64,000 nucleotides of DNA from Coraliomargarita sp. (GCA_965216325.1 OZ244160.1:1216001-1280000); one strand, 5' to 3'. Counted from the first letter of the stretch, positions 30,875 through 41,151 are shown. Made by a program: numbers and translations. The notes: generated by a model from the letters alone, not told the origin.

Positions 30875-32302
30875 ATGGTCCAAGCATCTGATCTATATAC
30901 GCCCCCAGGAGGCAAGGAATCCCCTCCAAAGAAATCCAAACAATCACTCCAGCGACTGGCTAAATATCTGCCAATCGCCCTCATTCTTGCGTTCTTGCTA
31001 TTAATCGCACTGTTTTTCGGCGATCGATTTGTGCCCGCGCACGAACTGCAATTCGAATCTGTCGTCACACAGCGCAGCCAAGTGGCTAAGACGCCCGCCT
31101 CAAGCAACGCAACCGGTCTCAAACTAAATTTCGAAGGCCAAGCGCTGTTTCAAGCATCCGGCTGGATTGAAGCCGACCCGCTGCCGTTTCATGTTCCGGC
31201 CCTTAATGATGGCTTCGTCGACACGGTTCACGTCCTCGAGGGAGAACGAGTCGCCAAAGGTCAACTCCTCGCCAAGCTGGTCGATGATGACGCTCGACTT
31301 GACCTGACGACCGCGCAAGCCCGGCAAGGTGAGCGTACTGCAGCCTTACTAGAGATGCAGGCACTCGTGCGCACCACTCATGCCGCACTTCAACGTCTGG
31401 GCGAAGAGGTCGAAATCGAAGAGGCTCGGCTTGAGGAACTTCGTGATGATGAAACCCGCCTCCTCGCAGTTGGCTCGAAGAGTGTTTCCGAACAGGAAAT
31501 TGCCAAGTCTCGCTTACGTGTGCTCACCCAGCGCGCAGTGATTAAGGCACTCGAAGCCAATCGGGGAGAACTTGAAGCTGAACTTGCCGCACGCACCGCA
31601 GCCGTGGAGCGCACCAAGCAAGAACTTCAGTCAGCCCAAACCGATGTTGCGCGCAAACAATTGGCACTGGATCGTATGGAAATCCGCAGCCCAATCGATG
31701 GCATTATCCAAAAGCTCTACGTCTCACCAGGCTTTAAGCGCATGGCACGTATGGATGACCCAGAGTCTTCGACGGTAGTCAAAATGTTCGACCCGGAGGC
31801 TCTGCAAGCGCGTATCGACGTGCCGCTGGAAGAAGCCGCACAGCTAGCAATCGGCCAACCCGTCCGACTTCGTTCAGTCTTTCTTCAAGACAAGGTCTTC
31901 GAAGGCCGCGTCAGCCGCATCTACGGCCAAGCCGATCTTCAGCGCAATACGCTACAGGCCAAAGTCCAACTACTAAGTTCATCCGAAGGGCTGCGCCCAG
32001 AGATGCTCTGTCGTGCTGAATTTTTAGCTCCAGCATCGAATGGCCAGTCGGCATCAGCTCCAAGCAGTGGTCGCGCCGCCGTCTATGTTCCCAACAAAGC
32101 ATTGGTTGAACAAGCCGGCCAATACTACGTCTGGACCTTGGATAAGTCCGGCAAGCGAGTCACGCAGCAAGCCATCCGCCTGGCTCCCGAAGAACGTGAT
32201 GATTTTCGTCGCGTGAGCGAAGGCCTACAGCCAGGTGCCCGTGTCGTAATCAACCCACCGACTGACCTCGAGGAAGGCGACCGCATCCGACTAACCCCCT
32301 AA
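30875..32302 (+). CDS. Periplasmic adaptor (MFP/HlyD/MacA family)
   Basis: N-terminal TM, VLEGERVAKGQLLA lipoyl motif, long coiled coil, IRSPIDG, LRPEM. Confidence 0.92.
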   Translation: MVQASDLYTPPGGKESPPKKSKQSLQRLAKYLPIALILAFLLLIALFFGDRFVPAHELQFESVVTQRSQVAKTPASSNATGLKLNFEGQALFQASGWIEADPLPFHVPALNDGFVDTVHVLEGERVAKGQLLAKLVDDDARLDLTTAQARQGERTAALLEMQALVRTTHAALQRLGEEVEIEEARLEELRDDETRLLAVGSKSVSEQEIAKSRLRVLTQRAVIKALEANRGELEAELAARTAAVERTKQELQSAQTDVARKQLALDRMEIRSPIDGIIQKLYVSPGFKRMARMDDPESSTVVKMFDPEALQARIDVPLEEAAQLAIGQPVRLRSVFLQDKVFEGRVSRIYGQADLQRNTLQAKVQLLSSSEGLRPEMLCRAEFLAPASNGQSASAPSSGRAAVYVPNKALVEQAGQYYVWTLDKSGKRVTQQAIRLAPEERDDFRRVSEGLQPGARVVINPPTDLEEGDRIRLTP

Positions 32303-32323
32303 ACACTACACATATTTGAAACA

Positions 32324-33052
32324 ATGACCGAATCTCAACAACAGCCCCTTATCCGCTGCCGCGGGCTCTCAAAGACTTACCATAAAGGCAGCACCGCTGT
32401 CACTCCGCTTGAAGCACTCGATCTCGACGTCCCGCGCGGTGAATTTCTCGCCCTAATGGGGCCATCCGGTTCCGGAAAAACCACCCTCCTCAACCTCATC
32501 GCCGGCATCGACCACCCATCAACCGGCGAACTCTGGGTCGGCGACCGAAACCTCGCAACGCTCTCCCGAGGGGAGCTCACCAGCTGGCGCGCGCGTCACT
32601 GTGGCTATATTTTTCAGCTCTACCATCTCGTGCCGATTCTAACTGCATTCGAAAATGTAGAACTACCACTTCTACTCGACTCCGAGCTAAGCCGCGACGA
32701 GCGACGTGCCAAAGTGAACGCTGCGCTCGAACTCGTTGGCCTGTCAGACCGAATGGACCACCGTCCCTGCGAGCTCTCCGGCGGACAAGAGCAACGTGTC
32801 GCCATCGCTCGAGCGATTGTGGCAGCCCCAGATCTACTTGTAGCCGACGAACCAACTGGCGACCTAGACCGCGAGTCTGCCACCTCAATCTTGGAATTAA
32901 TGCGCGAGCTATCGGCAGACTTCGGAAAAACGATCGTCATGGTGACACACGACGCGGTCGCCGCCAAAGCTGCCCACCGTACCTTGCACTTGGAAAAAGG
33001 GCAACTCATCGAACAGGCTCGTATTCAACACACCACTACAACTGCATCATGA
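32324..33052 (+). CDS. ABC transporter ATP-binding subunit (MacB/LolD type)
   Basis: GPSGSGKTT, GYIFQLYHL, LSGGQEQRVA, ADEPTGDLD. Confidence 0.95.
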   Translation: MTESQQQPLIRCRGLSKTYHKGSTAVTPLEALDLDVPRGEFLALMGPSGSGKTTLLNLIAGIDHPSTGELWVGDRNLATLSRGELTSWRARHCGYIFQLYHLVPILTAFENVELPLLLDSELSRDERRAKVNAALELVGLSDRMDHRPCELSGGQEQRVAIARAIVAAPDLLVADEPTGDLDRESATSILELMRELSADFGKTIVMVTHDAVAAKAAHRTLHLEKGQLIEQARIQHTTTTAS

Positions 33053-34191
33053 AACTGCGCCACACACTCAACCTAGCACTCAAGCAAGTGCTTCGCCATC
33101 GCGTGCGTAGCTTACTGACGATTGCTGGTGTCGGCGCAGGCATGTTTCTCTTCACCGCGGTGCAAACGATGCAGCATTCACTTGCCCGAGTCATTCAGAG
33201 TAGCGCAAATGACAACGTGCTCGTCGTGTATCGAGAGAACCGCTTTTGTCCGATGACCTCTCGCTTACCAGAGCACTATTTAAGTGAGATCAAACGCATC
33301 GACGGCGTAACCGAAGCTATTCCAATTCAAATCGCAGTCAACAACTGCGGGGCAAGCTTGGATGTCATTACCTTTCGCGGCGTGCCACCAGAGACCCTCA
33401 GTCGATACAATCCTGAACTCGAAATCAGAAGCGGGTCTCTGGAGCAGTGGCAGTCACGCAGCGATGCAGCACTCGTAGGCGAAAACCTTGCTCGCAGGCG
33501 TGGCCTCACCCCCGGTGATACCTTTGAAGCCGTTGGTGTGCGTGTCTGGGTTGCTGGGATCGTCAACTCTCCACTCCAACAAGACAACAACGTGGCCTAT
33601 GTGCACCTGCCCTACCTGCAACAGGCATCCCGTATCGGACTCGGCACGGTCACTCAATTCAATGTGCGTGTTGGTGACAGCTCACAAATCGATGTAGTCG
33701 CCACAGCCATCGACGAGCTATTTGCCTCCGACAGCGCCCCCACAACCACCCGTCCAGAAAAGGCATTCTTCATCCAGACCGCGCGCGACATGATTGAGAT
33801 GATCAGCTTCACTCGCTGGATTGGCCTCGGCGCAGTGCTGGCAGTCTTAGGGCTGGTGGGTAACGCACTACTCCTCGCGGCACGCGGGCGCGTTCAGGAA
33901 AGCGCAATCTTTCAAACAATTGGCTACTCCCGCCGCATGGTGGGCTCCATCATGGTTGGGGAAGGCGCAGTGTTGGGCTTGGCCGGCGGACTGATTGGTA
34001 GCCTAAGTGCCTCACTCTTCTTCTACCTGAGAAGTTACACGATAGGAAACGAAGGTCTAAGCCTTGCGCTTTCCCCAAGCCTCAGCGTGACCGCCGCTGC
34101 ACTGGCGATTGCTTGTGGACTCGGCCTCATCGCTTCGCTCTGGCCCGCATGGATCGCTGCAAAACAACCACTGGTTAAATCCCTACGTTGA
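33049..34191 (+). CDS. ABC permease, MacB/FtsX family
   Basis: RSLLTIAGV TM1, periplasmic domain with RFCP and NNCG cysteines, C-terminal FtsX TMs (PAWIAA). Confidence 0.9.
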   Translation: MKLRHTLNLALKQVLRHRVRSLLTIAGVGAGMFLFTAVQTMQHSLARVIQSSANDNVLVVYRENRFCPMTSRLPEHYLSEIKRIDGVTEAIPIQIAVNNCGASLDVITFRGVPPETLSRYNPELEIRSGSLEQWQSRSDAALVGENLARRRGLTPGDTFEAVGVRVWVAGIVNSPLQQDNNVAYVHLPYLQQASRIGLGTVTQFNVRVGDSSQIDVVATAIDELFASDSAPTTTRPEKAFFIQTARDMIEMISFTRWIGLGAVLAVLGLVGNALLLAARGRVQESAIFQTIGYSRRMVGSIMVGEGAVLGLAGGLIGSLSASLFFYLRSYTIGNEGLSLALSPSLSVTAAALAIACGLGLIASLWPAWIAAKQPLVKSLR

Positions 34192-35363
34192 TCGAGATGA
34201 AAGTATTTAAAATACGCTTACTCCCCTTTGCCTATGCTACGCGCAATCTCCTGCGCGACATTCCACGCTTGCTGCAAAAAATCGGCGGTTCATCGGTCGT
34301 CGTTTTTTTGGTGCTCGCGGCCGGAGCCTTCAATGAGGGCATGAAGTCAGTGCTGCGAGCAAGCGGAGCACCCAACAACGTGATCCTACTCAGTGCAGGC
34401 TCCGAAGAAAGTGTTGAGCGCGGTGAAATCGACGTTCAAGTCGAGTCACTCGCTGCGGGCATTCGCGGCATCGAAAGCCGCTTAGGACAACCTGCTGCCT
34501 CAGGCGAAGTGCATTTCATGGGCGAGCTGGCTTCTAGCGACGCAGGCGCACAACAGGCGCTCCTACGCGGCATCACGCCGGCGGCATTCGAAGTGCATCG
34601 CGAAGTGCGCATCCTTGAGGGCGAGTTTCCTTCATCGGGCGAAGTGCTCGTTGGACGACTGGCACACCACATGCTCGGACTCACAGCACAGCAACTTGAG
34701 CCCGGAAGTTTCATCAATTTTGAAGGACAAACCTTCACTGTGTCTGGCATATTCGAAGCGCCGGGAACCGTGATGGAGTCGGAAGTGTGGTTTGACCGTA
34801 GTGATCTAATGACACTCACCCAGCGTGAATCACTCTCCTGCGTGATCCTTCGACTCGAGAGTCCTGAGAACTTTTCAACAGTAGATCTCTTTGCAAAGCA
34901 ACGCCTAGACTTAGAGCTAAGCGCCATTCGTGAAGTCGACTATTACGATCAGTTGTCTGGTTTCTTTGCACCGATACGTGCAATGACTTGGCTGACTGCG
35001 GGATTGATTTCCGCTGGTGCTATCTTTGGTGGCTTTAATCTTCTCTACGCCGCCTACGCCTCTCGCATTCGAGAACTGGCAACGCTGCAAGCCATCGGCT
35101 TTCGGCGCGCCGCAGTATTCATATCACTCGTGCAAGAAAGTCTACTCGCAACCTTGAGCGGCACTTTGCTCGCCGCCTTTGCCGCCTTAATTTTCCTCGA
35201 AGGCCAAGCCGTGCATTTCTCGATTGGCACCTTTTCCTTGGAGCTCAGTAGTCCTGTTATCAGTGCAGGACTACTGATGGGACTCCTACTAGGCGTGCTC
35301 GGTGCGGTGCCCCCTGCGATTCGATGCCTGGGTGCACCACTGCCAGACACACTTCGCTCATAA
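34188..35363 (+). CDS. ABC permease, MacB/FtsX family (second)
   Basis: YATRNL, RIRELATLQAIGF, PPAIR. Confidence 0.9.
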   Translation: MIEMKVFKIRLLPFAYATRNLLRDIPRLLQKIGGSSVVVFLVLAAGAFNEGMKSVLRASGAPNNVILLSAGSEESVERGEIDVQVESLAAGIRGIESRLGQPAASGEVHFMGELASSDAGAQQALLRGITPAAFEVHREVRILEGEFPSSGEVLVGRLAHHMLGLTAQQLEPGSFINFEGQTFTVSGIFEAPGTVMESEVWFDRSDLMTLTQRESLSCVILRLESPENFSTVDLFAKQRLDLELSAIREVDYYDQLSGFFAPIRAMTWLTAGLISAGAIFGGFNLLYAAYASRIRELATLQAIGFRRAAVFISLVQESLLATLSGTLLAAFAALIFLEGQAVHFSIGTFSLELSSPVISAGLLMGLLLGVLGAVPPAIRCLGAPLPDTLRS

Positions 35364-35387
35364 CACAAAATTCAACAAAGATATAAA

Positions 35388-35918
35388 ATGAAATTAAAGA
35401 CATCCCAATTACCAGCAGCATGCCTCAGCGCCCTCATTCTAGTGACCACTGCCTGCAGCCCGTCAGGCGAGGAACTCACAGTTTCTGAAGCAAACCACGC
35501 AGTCAAAGCCTTACTTCTAAGCGAAGCCCCCGTAGATAGCCTCAGCGTATTCGAAGCACGCAAACAGGCTCAACCCGGCGCCCCCATTCAAGTAACCGGT
35601 CAAATCGGTGGAACCCTCCACCCCTTTGTTCAAGGCTATGCGAGTTTCGTCTTAGCCGATCCTAGCTTGGAATTCTGCGACGAAATGGGTGATGACCACT
35701 GCTCGACTCCTTGGGATGCCTGCTGCGAAGATCCTGACAAACTAAAGTCGATGCGGATCTACGTCCAATTTCTGGATAGCACTGGCATTCCGATCCAGAG
35801 TAACTTGAAGGAAAGCATCGGCATCAAGGAACTCGACCAAGTAACCGTAGTCGGTACTGTCGCAGAATCATCCACTTCAACCAATACGATCATCAACGCC
35901 ACAAGCCTCTACAAATAA
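35388..35918 (+). CDS. Lipoprotein with C-x7-CxTPWDxCC motif
   Basis: Lipobox VTTA-C; FCDEMGDDHCSTPWDACCED; beta-rich VTGQIGG and VTVVGTV segments. Confidence 0.8.
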   Translation: MKLKTSQLPAACLSALILVTTACSPSGEELTVSEANHAVKALLLSEAPVDSLSVFEARKQAQPGAPIQVTGQIGGTLHPFVQGYASFVLADPSLEFCDEMGDDHCSTPWDACCEDPDKLKSMRIYVQFLDSTGIPIQSNLKESIGIKELDQVTVVGTVAESSTSTNTIINATSLYK

Positions 35919-35945
35919 GTTGCGAAGCCTGAATTCGACGCCGAG

Positions 35946-36305
35946 TTAGTCGAAGTGTTTTTGTATCATCGCTTGGACGATGTCGGAATACAGCGAAGGC
36001 TTATGGTAATAATCCACTCCTTGAGCCTCTAGATGCTGAACATCATCGCGGTTCAATTGACCGGAAACCACCACAACCTTGATGCCTTGAGGCTGTTCCT
36101 TGATGTCCACAGCAAAGAGTGCCCCATTGCCATCGGGCACCTGTTGATCGGCAATCAAGATATCGATTTGGATATTCTCATCCTCTAAAATTTCTTGTGC
36201 ATGCGCGATGTCAAAAGCGGGAAACACAGTATGCCCACGGCTTTCAATTTGCTCACAGGCAACCGCTGAGAGGTCAGGTTCGTCTTCGAGTAATAGCACA
36301 TTCAT
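35946..36305 (-). CDS. Single-domain response regulator
   Basis: LLEDE, IAD..VPDGNG, VVSG, HKP. Confidence 0.88.
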   Translation of the reverse strand: MNVLLLEDEPDLSAVACEQIESRGHTVFPAFDIAHAQEILEDENIQIDILIADQQVPDGNGALFAVDIKEQPQGIKVVVVSGQLNRDDVQHLEAQGVDYYHKPSLYSDIVQAMIQKHFD

Positions 36306-36489
36306 GGTTAAGTAGAAAAGATAACGCCGTTACAAGGGCACTGAATCGGTGTAAATGCAACCATCTATATTTAGCCGAGCGCATTCATTGGCAGCACGAA
36401 TCGGGCTCACGCGCCACTTTTCACTCGCATCCACTGCGCTAGTGATAATACTATCATTCAACCTCTATCAATAACCTAAAAACAGTAAA

Positions 36490-38064
36490 ATGACTAGTAA
36501 AGCACTCTCCTTCAAGCGCCCTGAAGAAGACTTGTCCTCGCTCGAACTCCTTGCTGGAGAATTCACCAACACCGATGCGGCCATCGCAGAGATCGCACGT
36601 TTGTCCGCAGTTTTGACGCTCCCTAGAGGCGCAATTCACATGATTAGTGATATCCACGGTGAAGACAAAAAGTTACGGCATGTGATCAACAATGCATCCG
36701 GCACACTGCGCCCACTCGTGGAACAAATGTTCGGCGACAAGATAACGGCCGATGAGTTGAAGGATTTTCTGAAGATCACCTTTTATCCAGCCGAAGTCAC
36801 CGATCAGCTCGAAAAGACGCTCACAGATCCAGAGCAGCTGAAGCAGTATGCACGCAGAATTCTAAATCCACAATTTGAGCTGTTACGTCACCTCATGGGT
36901 AATTACAGCCTCAAACTGGCAACTGAGTTGCTGCCTACCGATTTCCAAAACCTGCTCCTTGAAATCCTCCATGCCCCAACACGTGAGCACGGGCATGAAT
37001 TTGTAGAAGCAATTATCGACGAGCTACAGCGCCAAGGCCGCGTGCTACATCTAATTCATATCGTCGGTCGCTTAATTCGTAACCTTGCAGTTGACGAGTT
37101 GATTATAGGTGGCGATTGCTGGGACCGCGGACCACGTGGTGACCGTGTCGTCGATTACCTACGCCTCCAACCCAATGTCTCTTTTATCTGAGGCAATCAT
37201 GATGCACTGTGGCTTGGTGCAGCCTTAGGCCACGAAGCGTTGATTTGCACAGCGCTACGTGTTTCTCTACGCTATCGCCGCATAAGCCAATTGGACGAAG
37301 GATATAGCGTGCCGCTCACCCCGCTCGAACGCCTCGCACGCGAAGTGTATGCAGACGATCCGGCCGAGTTTTTCATGCCCAAAGGAGAAGGAATGCGTCC
37401 GAAAGAACTCGTCGCACGCATGCAGAAAGCCGTTGCGGTAATGCAGTTCAAACTCGAAGGACAAATGATCGAACGTAATCCACACTGGGAGCTCGATCAT
37501 CGTCGCCTAATGCATCGCATCGACCTTGAAAACGGCACCATAGAAATTGATGGCGTCGTATATGAGCTGCGTGACAAATACCTGCCCACTGTCGATCCAC
37601 AGAACCCATACGCCCTAACAGCAGAGGAACAAGACTGCTTGGACCGATTGAAAGCCTCGTTCCTCAGCAGTCAAAAGCTACGCGAACAAATGCGCTACAT
37701 GGTTGGCCACGGGTCCATGTATCTCCAACGTGGAGATTGCCTCATTTTCCATGGCTGCGTTCCCACCGACCCCGAGGGTAATTTTCTTAGCTTTGAGATC
37801 GACGGCGAAGCCTACGGAGACCACGGCTATACTCTCGTGCTCGAACCTCACAGAATTGTTTTAGCCGAACACCATCACTTCGAATCCATGGAATCTGCGA
37901 TCAAGGACGGGGTCGACATTGTGCCGCAGACACAAGACATCCGTGTTTTTGAGACACCCCAATGCACCCAAGACACCGAGCGCGGCAAACGTATCAAATA
38001 TCGGATCAAAGAACTACAGCGGCTCATTAAAGCCTATCGCAGTAATCGTTTACACGAGCGATAG
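36490..38064 (+). pseudogene. fbp: Class III fructose-1,6-bisphosphatase, disrupted
   Basis: SDIHGE, HVINNASG, GDCWDRGP, FHGCVP. In-frame TGA at 37189-37191 replaces the W of WGNHD. Probable internal deletion near 37810. Confidence 0.85.
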
Positions 38065-38121
38065 GTTGCCAACACGGTCTTGATGCGTCAGTTTTCACAC
38101 AATTCTGGAAAGAAAATAGTT

Positions 38122-39825
38122 GTGAACACTGAAGCACTCATCCAACGATTCGAAGCCATCTCAGGCCACAAGCATGTCTTCACCAAGGACAGGCAAACCG
38201 CCTATTACCGCTCAGGCTTTCGCTCAGGCTTCGGTGCTGCACTCGCAGTGATTTTCCCCGGCACACTGCTCGAGCAGTGGAAACTTTTGCAAGCCAGCGT
38301 CGACGCTGGATGTGCTATCATCATCCAAGCCAGCAAAACCGGTCTAACTGAAGGCTCATGCCCGAGTGGATTTGATTACGGTCGTCCCGTCGTAATCATC
38401 AACACCACGCGGCTTAAGCAAATAGTCCTACTAGACGGTGGCAAACAGGTGCTGGCATTCCCCGGAGCCACACTCCACGAACTTGAGCAATTGCTCAAGC
38501 CACTGGGACGTGCACCACATTCAGTCATCGGATCGACCACGATCGGTGCAACCATCGTCGGCAGTATCGCAAACAATGCAGGCGGCGCACTGTGTAAGCG
38601 TGGACCGTCCTATACTGAGCTGTCACTCTTCGCCCAGGTCGACGAGAATGAACAATTAAACTTAGTCAACCATTTGGGAATTCGAAACCTCGGCAACACC
38701 CCCGAAGGCATATTCTCGGCACTGGAAAGTGGCAACATCAAGGACAGTGATTTGGATGCGATGACCACACTCGCCTCGGATCGTGAATATGCCGAGCGTA
38801 TCCGCAAACTAGATACGGGTATACCGAACCGCTACAATGCCGATCCAAGACGTCTGTTTGAAGTGAGTGGTAGCGCAGGAAAGGTGGCTGCGTTTGCGGT
38901 TCGGGTTGATACCTATCCACTTCCGAAGCAGAAGCAGGTCTTTTATCTAGGAACCAACGATCCCACACAGTTTACCGATTTGCGTCGTCACATTCTGACA
39001 AAGTTCAACGAACTTCCCGAGATGTGCGAATACATGAATCGTGAGATTTTCGATATTGCAGAGGAATACGGCAAAGACGTCTTTCTCTCGATCAAGCATA
39101 TCGGCACCGAGCGCTTACCCAAACTGTATGCCTTAAAGTCTGCGATCGAATACCGCCTCAATAAACTCAGCTTCTTGCCAAAATTCCTTCCGGACATTCT
39201 GCTCCACAAACTCAGCCAGCTGTTTCCGAAACACCTCTCCGGCCGCCTGCTCGATTATCGTGACCGCTTCCAATATTACCTAATTCTAAGCATGAGTGAT
39301 GCCGGCATAGAAGAAGCACGCAGCTACCTTTTGGAACAGTGGAGTCAGCAAGCAGACTGCGATTTTTTTGAATGCACGCCCGACGAACAAGAAGCTGCCC
39401 TTCTCCACCGTTTTGCAGCCGCAGGAGCAGCGATACGCTATCAGAACCTACACCAGAAGACCACGGAAGAGGTACTGGCTCTCGACATCGCTTTACGCGG
39501 GAATGACCCTGACTGGATCGAAACACTCCCCCCTGCAATATCCGAACAACTTGAACTGGCCCTTTATTACGGGCATTTCATGTGCCATGTCTTCCATCAG
39601 GACTACATCTTCAAGAAAGGCACCGATATACAGGCCGTGAAAGCTCAAATGCTAGAGCGACTCGATGGCAAGGGCGCTAAATACCCCGCGGAACACAATG
39701 TTGGGCACATGTATCAAGCCGAACCGCAGCTCAAAGCTTTCTACGAGCAACTGGACCCGACCAATACCTTTAATCCAGGAATTGGTAAATCCAGTAAGCA
39801 GCGCAGAATTCCTCGTTTTACATAG
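38122..39825 (+). CDS. dld: Membrane-associated FAD D-lactate dehydrogenase (E. coli Dld type)
   Basis: TGLTEGS, PHSVIGS, NADPRRLFE, HRFAAAGAA, YYGHFMCHVFHQDY, YPAEHNVGH, DPTNTFNPGIGK. Confidence 0.93.
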   Translation: MNTEALIQRFEAISGHKHVFTKDRQTAYYRSGFRSGFGAALAVIFPGTLLEQWKLLQASVDAGCAIIIQASKTGLTEGSCPSGFDYGRPVVIINTTRLKQIVLLDGGKQVLAFPGATLHELEQLLKPLGRAPHSVIGSTTIGATIVGSIANNAGGALCKRGPSYTELSLFAQVDENEQLNLVNHLGIRNLGNTPEGIFSALESGNIKDSDLDAMTTLASDREYAERIRKLDTGIPNRYNADPRRLFEVSGSAGKVAAFAVRVDTYPLPKQKQVFYLGTNDPTQFTDLRRHILTKFNELPEMCEYMNREIFDIAEEYGKDVFLSIKHIGTERLPKLYALKSAIEYRLNKLSFLPKFLPDILLHKLSQLFPKHLSGRLLDYRDRFQYYLILSMSDAGIEEARSYLLEQWSQQADCDFFECTPDEQEAALLHRFAAAGAAIRYQNLHQKTTEEVLALDIALRGNDPDWIETLPPAISEQLELALYYGHFMCHVFHQDYIFKKGTDIQAVKAQMLERLDGKGAKYPAEHNVGHMYQAEPQLKAFYEQLDPTNTFNPGIGKSSKQRRIPRFT

Positions 39826-39916
39826 ATGGGCTCCTAATCAGCTTTGCAGCTCCTACACGCTAAAAAAGTTAGACGACAGTCGACACCCAAGCTAACTGCA
39901 TTCAAGTTATGCAACT

Positions 39917-40657
39917 ATGCCATTTAAGCCGATTGCTCTCATCATCTGTTTCCTGATTCACCTGAATGCTCACGCCACATCCAGAGAATGGACCGCCCTC
40001 GATGGCCGCACGATGCAAGCGGAGTTTGTGAAAACAGAGAAAATGGGTGCCCGGGTGGAAATCGTCTTTCGGAAGGACGACGGCATGCTCTACCGAGTGC
40101 CCCTAAGCAGCTTGCGCCACAGCGACCAACAAGCGATTCAAGAACTGAGCGCTCGACCTGACACGACGAACGCTACCGCAAGTGCCCCACAAGCAAGCAT
40201 GACCGTATTTGAGTTGGCCATCACCAAAGACCTAGTGCGATTAAAAGGCAGCCGAATGAAAGCCGTCCCGCAAACTGAGCTTCAGGCAAAAGACTATTAC
40301 GCGATTTATTACTCTGCGCACTGGTGCCCACCCTGCAGAAAATTCACACCAAAACTGGTCGATTTCTATGAGAAGGCATCGAGAGAGCATAATAACTTCG
40401 AAATCATCTTTGTAAGCAGCGACCGCAGCGAAGACGACATGGAAAGCTACATGGATGAAGCCGACATGCCTTGGCTAGCCTTGGAATTCGAAAAGAAGAA
40501 GCAAAGCAAAGAGCTCACTAAATATGCCGGTGGAGGCATCCCCTGTCTCGTTCTGGTCGATCAGAATGGCAACATCCTATCCGACAGTTACGTAAATGGA
40601 AAATATGTGGGTCCCACCCGCGTAATGGACTATCTGAAAGAAACGTTAGCAGAGTAA
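39917..40657 (+). CDS. Secreted SHD1-like + thioredoxin (nucleoredoxin/tryparedoxin-like) protein
   Basis: Signal peptide; REWTALDGRTMQAEF; YSAHWCPPCRKFTP, FEIIFVSSD, GIPCLV. Confidence 0.85.
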   Translation: MPFKPIALIICFLIHLNAHATSREWTALDGRTMQAEFVKTEKMGARVEIVFRKDDGMLYRVPLSSLRHSDQQAIQELSARPDTTNATASAPQASMTVFELAITKDLVRLKGSRMKAVPQTELQAKDYYAIYYSAHWCPPCRKFTPKLVDFYEKASREHNNFEIIFVSSDRSEDDMESYMDEADMPWLALEFEKKKQSKELTKYAGGGIPCLVLVDQNGNILSDSYVNGKYVGPTRVMDYLKETLAE

Positions 40658-40674
40658 GCTGCCGGATCCGCAAC

Positions 40675-41151
40675 TCAGGACACCTTTGCAGTTCCCGAAC
40701 GCTTGGACAGCAAATAGTGTGCAAGCACCATGAGTAAGAGATAGATCAAAGGAGCAGTGATTAACCAGCCAGTAATGGCGTGGGCAAAGCTTGCTGCAAA
40801 CTCGATTGCGGTGCTTTTCACATCACTAAAAAAGCGCGTGCTAAACTCCGCCAAGCTCAACGTGAAGGGTTCTGCTTGAAAGACCCACTCACCAAGACGT
40901 AAGAACGGAAAAATCAGCGCAATCTTAATTGGACCGACCAGCCAGTTGAACAACTGTGTGACGGGTTGGTTGAGACGAAAAAACACAGCACTGACTGTGT
41001 TCATTGGCGTAGAGAAGCCTAAAATCGGAAATACTCCGATGGTCAAAGATGCTGCAATTGCTCGAGCACACGCACGTGCGCTCAAGCCCTGCGTCATTTG
41101 CAACTGTATCTCCTGTTTAATCCGCTGTAACACAGAGATGAATCGGATCAC
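40675..41151 (-). CDS. DUF2062-family membrane protein
   Basis: IGVFPILG...FRLNQP...RLGE pattern. Confidence 0.75.
   Translation of the reverse strand: MIRFISVLQRIKQEIQLQMTQGLSARACARAIAASLTIGVFPILGFSTPMNTVSAVFFRLNQPVTQLFNWLVGPIKIALIFPFLRLGEWVFQAEPFTLSLAEFSTRFFSDVKSTAIEFAASFAHAITGWLITAPLIYLLLMVLAHYLLSKRSGTAKVS

Noticed and set aside
37189..37191. TGA at a conserved Trp suggesting UGA=Trp recoding or selenocysteine
   Set aside because: TGA ends intact genes here (rpoN, moaC, moaD), Trp is TGG elsewhere, and other pseudogenes are broken by TAG and TAA. A nonsense mutation is simpler.
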